Shown here: positions 47,066 to 55,225 of the stretch, one piece after another | Layout of the letters: each line of letters begins with the position of its first letter | Numbering within the stretch: the first letter of the stretch is position 1 | Source: an uncultured Bacteroidota bacterium | GTDB taxonomy: Bacteria; Bacteroidota; Bacteroidia; Chitinophagales; Chitinophagaceae | Direction: 5' to 3' | Assembly: GCA_903927975.1 (NCBI GenBank) | Contig: CAIYPC010000520.1 | Coordinates: 8,588 to 72,587, forward strand | Length of the DNA: 64,000 bases | The notes under the pieces: model-generated | What the model saw: the letters and a program-made list of their open reading frames with translations, nothing else | The model's database searches: none | Told to the model about the DNA's origin: nothing | Translations under genes and position numbers: made by a program

Positions 47066-49330
47066 CTACTCATAACCATTTACAAAAACAATCGACTGTC
47101 CTTTCAGTGTTTTCATTTCTGCAAGATTTCCATTTATGAAGATAGAAGAGCGATCTATTCCTTTCACAACCCAAGTTTTGAATGGCAATTTTATTTTTAG
47201 TTTTCCGCCTTGTTCTGAAAATATTTTCACTTCCGTTGCAACTCCGTTTTCTTTTTTTGCACTAATCAAAAATGCGCCTTCTGCCCTTAATGTTTTGAAT
47301 GAAATATTTTTCCAATCATCCGGAACGGAAGGAAAAATTTCAATCACATCATCATGGTTTTGCAAAAGCAATTCATGAACTCCTTGTGCAAAAGCAAAAT
47401 TTCCTTCCAGCGTAAACGGACGATATGTGAATGATGAATACTGTCCGCCTTTCTGATCGCCATTCAAATGAAAACTATTTGATGAACAAAAATTGCTCGC
47501 GAAGATTTGCAATTGTTTTACGGCGCTATCGGCTTCTTTCGCTCTTGCATATAATGAAGCCATCCAACTAAATGAATAACCGCACCATTGGCTGGTTCCA
47601 TGGCTTTCAATATTGTGCAAAGATTTTTTGATAACGGATGTATCTTCCACATTATTTATATCGAGCAGGCACAAAGGATAGATTGCCATGAATGGCGACA
47701 TGTGCCTGTGAGAAACATTCATATTTTGACTAGCTGAAACAGTCAGGCCAGTTTCGTTAATATTGAAATAAGGGAGAGCATCAATTAATAAATGCACCTT
47801 TTTATGTATTTCCACAGTTGTATCAATATCATTTAATTCATTCTGTGTTTTAAAAACATATCGGCATAGAGCAAGATCATAATTTGTGTAAGTCGGAAAC
47901 CATGCTTTAATGTTATTGTCGTTAAACTCCGGGCTTGAGCTCAGCGGCAATTGATGTGTTTTTTTATCCATGATGTTGAACAAATATTCAGTCACATCAT
48001 TATAATATGGTTTTAGTTTTTCATAAAAAAAATGCTTGTCCATACTATATTTCCATTGCCAATAAAAATGTTGCGCAAGCCAACATACTGTTGTCGGGCT
48101 CATGGAATATTGGATCCACCCTCCCATTTCCTTACCAGAAATAGATGTCACGCCCGGCACATTCAATCCATCAACCCCAAAATAACTTTTTGTCCATCGC
48201 TTATTTACTGCTTTGGTTTTCCATAAAAAATTTGTGTAGGATTCGGTGAGATCAAGATGATTACTTTCATAGCCGGGCCAATAGCTTAACTGTGTGTTCA
48301 GGTCATTATGAATATCCCCTTTCCATGGCGGAAGATTTCCATTGTCAGCAGTCCAGATTGCCTGTAATGAAATAGGTGGCGTGTTGCTTCTCGCAACACA
48401 ACCGAACTTATACATTTCGAGATAATATTGTTTCTCCAATAATTTATCAGGGATTGAAACAGAAGAACGATCCCAGAAATTTTTCCACCATGCAATATGA
48501 GATGGCCAGCCAGTGGGGTTTTTTGAAGAAGGATTCAATTCGGGCAGCGTTGCATGTTTATTAACGGTTATTGTCCATTCGCCAATAAAATTTGTTGCAG
48601 AAAATTTTTTCCATTTTATCAGCACTTCATAATAATTTCCATTCCATGTTGGCTGATGATATAAAATGCTATTTGCTGTTTTTGTGATTGTCCCATTTGA
48701 ATATCCCAATTGTTCAAGCCCTTGCCCTTCTACACTATTTCCCGTTGAATTATTTTTTTCGGAACGATATGCAGGAATTCTTAACACTGGAATAATATCA
48801 TCAAAAGAAAAATCTTTTTGGGGAAGATTTTCAAAACCAAAATAACCAACCTGATTTGTTGCGTGAACATAATTGTGAAACAACACGCCGTTTTCAAACT
48901 TCACAGTTCCTAATGCTTGTTGAATATCCAATCCGCTCGAAACTATCTTACCAAATTTTCTCAAATCAAATTCCAATGCAGCTCCGGGAATTTTTGTAGG
49001 GGCGGGATATTTCTCATAAGGTTCATCACCTAATTTTTGAACAGTGTCGTATTGGTTTTTCTTCACCTGTTCAACCACCCATGAAAATTTTAGCTTATTG
49101 ATTTCAGGCATTGGTCTATCATCCCAAAGATCTACCCTGTCGAGCGAAAGTCTTACCATATCTCCTTTTTGCCAGACCAACACACCAAGCCAGCCATTGC
49201 CCAATGGAATGCCTTCGTCCCATCTTTTTGCAAGAGAATCAAAAACAAGATTGTGTTCTGGTTTCGGTTGTGCGAAACCGTTTGAAAGTAAAAAAGAAAA
49301 AATAGCTAGAAAAAGAAATTTTCTCGCCAT
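47066..49330 (-). CDS. GH95-like glycoside hydrolase (alpha-L-fucosidase/galactosidase family)
   Basis: WDEGIPLGNG, SLQAIW, DIHNDLNTQLSYW, SSSPE, SHRHMSP, TLEGNF. Confidence 0.82.
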   Translation of the reverse strand: MARKFLFLAIFSFLLSNGFAQPKPEHNLVFDSLAKRWDEGIPLGNGWLGVLVWQKGDMVRLSLDRVDLWDDRPMPEINKLKFSWVVEQVKKNQYDTVQKLGDEPYEKYPAPTKIPGAALEFDLRKFGKIVSSGLDIQQALGTVKFENGVLFHNYVHATNQVGYFGFENLPQKDFSFDDIIPVLRIPAYRSEKNNSTGNSVEGQGLEQLGYSNGTITKTANSILYHQPTWNGNYYEVLIKWKKFSATNFIGEWTITVNKHATLPELNPSSKNPTGWPSHIAWWKNFWDRSSVSIPDKLLEKQYYLEMYKFGCVARSNTPPISLQAIWTADNGNLPPWKGDIHNDLNTQLSYWPGYESNHLDLTESYTNFLWKTKAVNKRWTKSYFGVDGLNVPGVTSISGKEMGGWIQYSMSPTTVCWLAQHFYWQWKYSMDKHFFYEKLKPYYNDVTEYLFNIMDKKTHQLPLSSSPEFNDNNIKAWFPTYTNYDLALCRYVFKTQNELNDIDTTVEIHKKVHLLIDALPYFNINETGLTVSASQNMNVSHRHMSPFMAIYPLCLLDINNVEDTSVIKKSLHNIESHGTSQWCGYSFSWMASLYARAKEADSAVKQLQIFASNFCSSNSFHLNGDQKGGQYSSFTYRPFTLEGNFAFAQGVHELLLQNHDDVIEIFPSVPDDWKNISFKTLRAEGAFLISAKKENGVATEVKIFSEQGGKLKIKLPFKTWVVKGIDRSSIFINGNLAEMKTLKGQSIVFVNGYE

Positions 49331-49337
49331 AATAAAA

Positions 49338-50747
49338 TTATTTTTTAACAGGAGGTGCTTTTAATATCACTGTGTCATCCGGCAAAAAAGGCATAGTATA
49401 TCCGCCTGAATCAATGGCTGTTTTTGGAAAAGTTTTCTTTAATTCAATCCAATTGTCTTTATTAATATTTGTTTGGAAAAGATAAAGCGATTGGAGGCTT
49501 TTCAAATCCTTTAACTGCATTATTCCTGCGGCTGTAATTTTTGTACCAACTACATTTAATGAACGCAACTGTTTCAAATCTTTCAGATAAGCCAACCCTT
49601 TATCTGTAATATTTGTATGGGCTAATTCCAGTTTAATAAGATTATTGCATTGACCTAAAATAGCAAGACCTGAATCAGTGATTTTTATATCATTTAAATT
49701 CAACCAAATCAGTTGCTTTTTTATCGGCAATAGCAATGAAAAATCTTTGTCAGAAATATTTGTGGCTGTCACAAAATTTGCAAACAGATAATTATTTTTT
49801 TGTGCTATCGGTGCTATTACTATCCCTTTATCTTTAAGCTTCTGCAATGCAGATTCATCTGCTTTTTCAACAGGTGTTTGTGGCACATCCAGATCTGGTT
49901 TTTTTTCTATTGACTCCTTTTGCAAAGCCACTAACGCAGATTTAATTTTTTCAGGTTGTGAAATTTCTTTTACTTTTTTTGAAAAGCTGGTGCCATTATC
50001 AACCCACCATTTTAATAATGCAATCTCCGCTTCGCTCAGTTGAGGTTTTTCTTTTGGGGCCATGTGGTGCTCATCTTCTGCAGGAAGACTAATCCGTTTT
50101 ATCAATTCGCTTTCTGTAGGTTTATTTGGGATAATCACCACACCATCTTTGCCGCCCTTCAAAATACCCACGGAGTCGTCTAACCGAAGTTTTCCTTTTT
50201 GTTTTGTCGAGCCATGACATGAATAACATTTCACCTGAAAGATTGGCTTCACTACGTCATTATAAATCAAAGCTTCCTGTACGTTCGCAATAGGTTTTCT
50301 TTTAAACACGACTGTTGTATCACTGCTAAAAACATTTTGCAGTGGCTGCGTTAAGTAATCACTTCCATGTGTTAATGAACCGCCAAGATGACCTGTTATG
50401 AATATGAGCACAAACATCAAAAACGTGAGTGGCAATTGCCATTTTAGCAAAGAAGTTTTTTTGTGCAAATAATAAGTAACTATAGAAACAACCGCAACGC
50501 TGATCCCCATCCATTGGTGGAAGTTCACAGCATCTTCATCATAATCTCCAGTTTGAGACAATATATAACCTGTGATGCATGCAACAACCGCGCTGATTGC
50601 GCCCAGCAACAAAGTAATATTGATTGCAGGTTGAAGATGCGCATATTTTTCTTTTCTGGACTGCCACAAAAACAAACACGCAAGCAATAAAATACCTATA
50701 GGTAGATGAACTAAAACAGGATGAAGATGGCCAAGGAGTTGAAGCAT
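49338..50747 (-). CDS. DUF2231-like membrane domain + PSCyt1 cytochrome c + LRR, copy 2
   Basis: LGHLHPVLVHLP, CYSCH, HMAPKEKPQ, LRR repeats. Confidence 0.82.
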   Translation of the reverse strand: MLQLLGHLHPVLVHLPIGILLLACLFLWQSRKEKYAHLQPAINITLLLGAISAVVACITGYILSQTGDYDEDAVNFHQWMGISVAVVSIVTYYLHKKTSLLKWQLPLTFLMFVLIFITGHLGGSLTHGSDYLTQPLQNVFSSDTTVVFKRKPIANVQEALIYNDVVKPIFQVKCYSCHGSTKQKGKLRLDDSVGILKGGKDGVVIIPNKPTESELIKRISLPAEDEHHMAPKEKPQLSEAEIALLKWWVDNGTSFSKKVKEISQPEKIKSALVALQKESIEKKPDLDVPQTPVEKADESALQKLKDKGIVIAPIAQKNNYLFANFVTATNISDKDFSLLLPIKKQLIWLNLNDIKITDSGLAILGQCNNLIKLELAHTNITDKGLAYLKDLKQLRSLNVVGTKITAAGIMQLKDLKSLQSLYLFQTNINKDNWIELKKTFPKTAIDSGGYTMPFLPDDTVILKAPPVKK

Positions 50748-50753
50748 AAGAAA

Positions 50754-50886
50754 GCTGTGAGTTTTGAGCTGTGAGCTACGAGCAAAACATTATTATTTAT
50801 TTAATTTATTCATAAAATGTAAGCCCTAAAAAATGATTTTATTATTTGTACATCTCGTATCCAATATCCCGCATCTCTTATCCAAT
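50754..50886. repeat. Two heptamer tandem arrays in one intergenic spacer
   Basis: gctgtga gttttga gctgtga gctacga (50754-81); atctcgt atccaat atcccgc atctctt atccaat (50852-86). Confidence 0.7.
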
Positions 50887-50887
50887 T

Positions 50888-51811
50888 CTACAAATATCTC
50901 TTCCTCAACAACTGCATCATGTGTACATTGATCGCCCACTGATCGGCAACAGGCTGAATGGTATAAGGCAATGCGGGCATATAATGCGGCGGACCAAATT
51001 CAGTCAATACTGTAAGTCTCTCACCATTTTTCTTTTTTTGTTCTACTACTTTGTCCCACCAAGTGAAATGTGCCTTCAATGCATCATCCCATTCGGGCGC
51101 ACGAGGATCGTTTACTTGTGGTCCTTCGGGATGTCCGATGCGGGCATGAATATGATCTACTCTTTGCAAAACCATATCAACAGTTTCCTGTTGATCATGC
51201 AGTAAGCTTTCATGCACATTGCACCAATGAGAAATATCAAGTGTAATGCGCAAGCCTGGAATCTTTTCTATAAAATTTCTTGCAATGGGCGCAGCATATA
51301 ACATTCTTGAACGATGCGTTTCATGGCAAATTTTAATGCCTGTTTCTTTTGCCAATTGCATCGTGTAGTCAATCAGCTTTCTATTATCATCAAAAGAAAA
51401 ATAATCTCTACCGGAATGACAGTTGATGTACAAAGGTTTTTGAATATCATTCTTCGCAGCCGCATCAATCATTTTTTTGAAAGCTTCAAAATGCTCTTTA
51501 AAATCCGATTGATATCCCGCGCATAAAAAACCAACTTCAAGCTGATATTTTTTTAATGCTGCAAATAATTCATCATGATCTTTTTGTTCGCTCTGCCACC
51601 AAATCTCAATGCCATCGTAGCCATCATGTTTTACCTTGGCGCAATACTCATCAATGGTTCCAGGAAAGCCCCAATTGGTAGCCATGATTTTAAGATCAAA
51701 ATTGCTGCTCATAAAAGTTGGTTTATTTGTTGATGCGAATATATCCAATGAAGATAATAATAGTGCAGTGCTTGTGGTTGCTGATGCCTGAATAAAATTT
51801 CTTCTTTTCAT
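50888..51811 (-). CDS. Tat-exported xylose-isomerase-like TIM barrel (sugar phosphate isomerase/epimerase family)
   Basis: MKRRNFIQ (ATG 51811); GYDGIE, HETHR, TLDISHW, HIHARIG, TEFGP. Confidence 0.8.
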   Translation of the reverse strand: MKRRNFIQASATTSTALLLSSLDIFASTNKPTFMSSNFDLKIMATNWGFPGTIDEYCAKVKHDGYDGIEIWWQSEQKDHDELFAALKKYQLEVGFLCAGYQSDFKEHFEAFKKMIDAAAKNDIQKPLYINCHSGRDYFSFDDNRKLIDYTMQLAKETGIKICHETHRSRMLYAAPIARNFIEKIPGLRITLDISHWCNVHESLLHDQQETVDMVLQRVDHIHARIGHPEGPQVNDPRAPEWDDALKAHFTWWDKVVEQKKKNGERLTVLTEFGPPHYMPALPYTIQPVADQWAINVHMMQLLRKRYL

Positions 51812-51911
51812 ATTTTTGTTTTCTATGTTCTCCGTGCTGAAGCACGGAGCTAGTAAGCAGTCCTTGTCAACCGAGGCAGACAATTCCTACAGCTAAGTAC
51901 ATAATTATATT

Positions 51912-53579
51912 TTAACTCCAATCGAAATCCACTTCTTGTCCGTCAAGTTTCCATTTTGATGGCAACAAATTTGTTAACCAATCAAGTGGTTCTGCATTAG
52001 GTTGTGGCTTTGCTGCTTCAGCAAAACTTTTTTTGATGAATTGTTTTTGCTCTTCGCCAATTGCATCTGGCTGTGCCGAAATAAATAATGGCGCACTGCT
52101 CTCAGCAAGTAATTGCATCCACTGCTTATTTTTTTCCCATGGTACTTTATTGGTGATGCCCACACAATCTCCATCGGCTTCATAAAAAGTTTTATGTTGA
52201 ATCATGCGAAAGCCCAACGTGTTCACGCCCATCTTTCTGGTGCGATCCCATTCATTGCCACTTGTGTCATCGCCAATGCGATTAAGCTCAAACAAACCTG
52301 CGGATAAATGGCTTACCGTGTTGCAGCCGATAATATAAGTTTCGCCTGCGGCTTCGCGGATTGATCTGTACAAATTCAAAATAATTTCTGCATTCGTTTT
52401 AGTAACATCATTAAAATGCCAGTTCGATTCTGTGATATCATCCGTCATCTCAAAGCCCCAGCGAGCAAGTATGTCATACGTTGTAAAATCATGTTTCACC
52501 ATTTCATAACCCCAATCCTTATACGTAATTAAATAATTTTTTACGCGATGGAGATTTTCTTCAATCGTTGGATCAAGAAAAGTATTTTTTGGATCATCAC
52601 GACCTTTGATTACTGGCATTAATAAATTCGGCTTTTCATCATGCCTTGCACACAGCGGGCGTGTCCATAATCCAGGCCGCATGCCGAGCTTTTTTATTTG
52701 ATCAGCTAGCTTGCCCATATCAGCAAACTTGCTGTTTGATTTTGCAAAATCATCGCCCCAGCAACAATCATCGGGCATAAGCGGCGACTTGATTGCCCAG
52801 CCGGCATCAATAACAGAAAAAGGTTTATTAGATGAATCAGTAACAAGCGAAGACATTAATGAGGTATGCTGAAGAATTAGATCGGCGGAATTATTTCCGT
52901 AAGCAAAATACCAATCGTTGATGCCGTAAACAGGTTGAGAAACTGTTCGCGGTTTATCGCACATCATTTTGCAAAAACGCCGTGCGGTTGCAAACACATT
53001 TTCATTCGCTTCATCTTTTGTAGTGATGATATCTGCACAACGCAATTTTCTTTGACCAAGTTGCACACCATTGCCTCCCGTTTTTGTATCTAATGACAAA
53101 CTCAATTTATCTTCATTTGCCTGCCAATAACAAATAGTGTTGCAACCTGTTTTTACGCCAAAACAATTTGTGCGGTTATCATCATGTTCAATAACATACC
53201 AAGGCATTTTTGCCGTTGCGTCAACTGACTTCCATTGAAGATCTCCATAACTCCGCTCCCAATGATCGCCGAGCAATTGTGCCGTTTTAGCAAATTCATG
53301 CTGCCATGAAATTTTGATTGTTTTTAATGCAATGGTTGGAGATTGAACATGCACTGAAATAATATCAGCCATTGGTTTCAATTCAACAACAACATCTTTA
53401 TATGCCCATTTATTTTTATCAGATGATTGCAAATCAAACCAACCAATATCCGTTTGAACAGATACCGAATCAGGTAATTTTATTAAATGATTTTTTTTGC
53501 CTTCTGCTTTTGTGTAAGAAGAAATTATTAATCCCCCGAATGATGCCCCCGATAAACGAATGAAATTTCTGCGATGCAC
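51912..53579 (-). CDS. Tat-exported GH36/GH27-like TIM-barrel glycosidase
   Basis: MHRRNFIR; GINDWY, VIDAGW, GLWTRP, VKHDF, RIGDD. Confidence 0.7.
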   Translation of the reverse strand: MHRRNFIRLSGASFGGLIISSYTKAEGKKNHLIKLPDSVSVQTDIGWFDLQSSDKNKWAYKDVVVELKPMADIISVHVQSPTIALKTIKISWQHEFAKTAQLLGDHWERSYGDLQWKSVDATAKMPWYVIEHDDNRTNCFGVKTGCNTICYWQANEDKLSLSLDTKTGGNGVQLGQRKLRCADIITTKDEANENVFATARRFCKMMCDKPRTVSQPVYGINDWYFAYGNNSADLILQHTSLMSSLVTDSSNKPFSVIDAGWAIKSPLMPDDCCWGDDFAKSNSKFADMGKLADQIKKLGMRPGLWTRPLCARHDEKPNLLMPVIKGRDDPKNTFLDPTIEENLHRVKNYLITYKDWGYEMVKHDFTTYDILARWGFEMTDDITESNWHFNDVTKTNAEIILNLYRSIREAAGETYIIGCNTVSHLSAGLFELNRIGDDTSGNEWDRTRKMGVNTLGFRMIQHKTFYEADGDCVGITNKVPWEKNKQWMQLLAESSAPLFISAQPDAIGEEQKQFIKKSFAEAAKPQPNAEPLDWLTNLLPSKWKLDGQEVDFDWS

Positions 53580-53605
53580 TAAAAATATTTTATAGTATGA
53601 AGTTC

Positions 53606-55117
53606 TTATGCAACAATTTCATTTATCACTCTTCCGCTCACATCTGTTAATCTAAATGGACGGCCCTGAAATTGGTACGTGAATTTTTCATGATTAAACC
53701 CAAGCTGATTAAGAATTGTGGCTTGAATATCAAAAGGAACCACTTTCCCACTGATGCCTGTGTAGCCAATTTCGTCCGTTTGGCCATAGCTTGTGCCTTT
53801 TTTAATTCCGCCGCCCGCCATCCACATCGTGAATGCTTCCGTGTGATGATCTCTTCCTTTAAAAGGCAGTTGTGTACCGTCTCGGTTTTCCTGCATGGGT
53901 GTTCTTCCAAATTCGCCGCCCCATAGCACCAATGTTTGTTCGAGTAATCCTCTTTGTTTTAAATCGAGTATCAATGCTGTGATTGATTTGTCGATGGTTC
54001 TGCATTTATTGATCAAACCAATATCAACTGCATTTGCGGGATCAGTTCCATGGCTGTCCCAACCCCAATCGAACAACTGCACAAAGCGAACACCTTTCTC
54101 CACCAATTTTCTTGCAAGCAAAATATTATTTGCAAAGCAAGCCTGATTTGGTTTTGTGCCATACATATCGTGAATGTATTGCGGCTCATCATTAATGTTC
54201 ATCACTTCAGGAACTGAGATCTGCATCTTATATGCCATTTCATATTGCGATATTCTCGAAAGAATTTCTGGATCTTTAAACTCTTTATATTCTTCCTGAT
54301 TCACTTCATTAATCGCATCAATAGATGCTTTTCTTAAATCACGATCCATCCCTTCCGGATCTTTTATGAATAAAACAGGATCGCCTTCTGAACGACATTG
54401 AACACCTTGATACACGCTCGGCAGAAAGCCGCTGCCCCACACGCTTTTGCCGGCATCAGGAAATCTTCCGCCGCTTGTCAGCACCACAAATCCCGGCAGG
54501 TTTTGGTTCTCTGTTCCCAATCCATAAGTCGCCCACGAACCGATACTTGGTCTCCCTAAACGTGGAGTGCCCGTATGCATTAAAAGCTGTGCTGGCGCAT
54601 GATTGAACTGATCTGTGGAACATGCTTTCAAAAAACTGATTTCGTCTGCAATGCTAGCGAGATGCGGCATGTAATCAGAAATCCATGCACCTGATTCACC
54701 GCGTTGTTTGAAATTTGCCTGCGGTCCCAACATTTTTGGGACACCCCGTATGAACGCAAATTTTTTGCCTTCTAATAATGATTGCGGACAAAGCTGTCCG
54801 TCTAATTTCATTAGGTCTGGCTTAAAATCAAATAATTCTAATTGTGATGGAGCTCCTGCCATGTGCAGATAAATAATCGACTTTGCTTTGCCAGGGAACA
54901 TGGGCATCTTTGGCATTAGGGGATGTGCGGGATCAAAAAGCGTTTGTGCATAGTCGTTAGAAGAGCCAAGCCCGCATCCACCAAGCAAAGAACCCAACGC
55001 AAGAGCGCCGAAGCCCATTGCGCTTTCTTTTAAAAAATGCCGGCGCGAAAAAAAATGAGCCGTCTTTTCCTGCGCCTCTTTTAGCAACCGCTGATTATTT
55101 AATTCTTCTGTTGTCAT
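53606..55117 (-). CDS. DUF1501 family protein, copy 3
   Basis: SRRHFLKES; HMAGAPSQLELF, GWDSHG, WGGEFGRTP, GRDHH. Confidence 0.9.
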   Translation of the reverse strand: MTTEELNNQRLLKEAQEKTAHFFSRRHFLKESAMGFGALALGSLLGGCGLGSSNDYAQTLFDPAHPLMPKMPMFPGKAKSIIYLHMAGAPSQLELFDFKPDLMKLDGQLCPQSLLEGKKFAFIRGVPKMLGPQANFKQRGESGAWISDYMPHLASIADEISFLKACSTDQFNHAPAQLLMHTGTPRLGRPSIGSWATYGLGTENQNLPGFVVLTSGGRFPDAGKSVWGSGFLPSVYQGVQCRSEGDPVLFIKDPEGMDRDLRKASIDAINEVNQEEYKEFKDPEILSRISQYEMAYKMQISVPEVMNINDEPQYIHDMYGTKPNQACFANNILLARKLVEKGVRFVQLFDWGWDSHGTDPANAVDIGLINKCRTIDKSITALILDLKQRGLLEQTLVLWGGEFGRTPMQENRDGTQLPFKGRDHHTEAFTMWMAGGGIKKGTSYGQTDEIGYTGISGKVVPFDIQATILNQLGFNHEKFTYQFQGRPFRLTDVSGRVINEIVA

Positions 55118-55133
55118 GAATATTTCCTTTGTC

Positions 55134-55225
55134 TGAACCTTGATTTTAACCTGATTTATCTGATTCTGCTGATATGAAATTTTAAATCAGATTAATAAGT
55201 CTAATAAGGTTAAAATCGTGGTTCA
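55134..55225. repeat. Long intergenic inverted repeat (REP/MITE-like)
   Basis: tgaaccttgattttaacct (55134-52) pairs with aggttaaaatcgtggttca (55207-25), 17/19, plus inner atctgatt/aatcagat. Confidence 0.75.
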
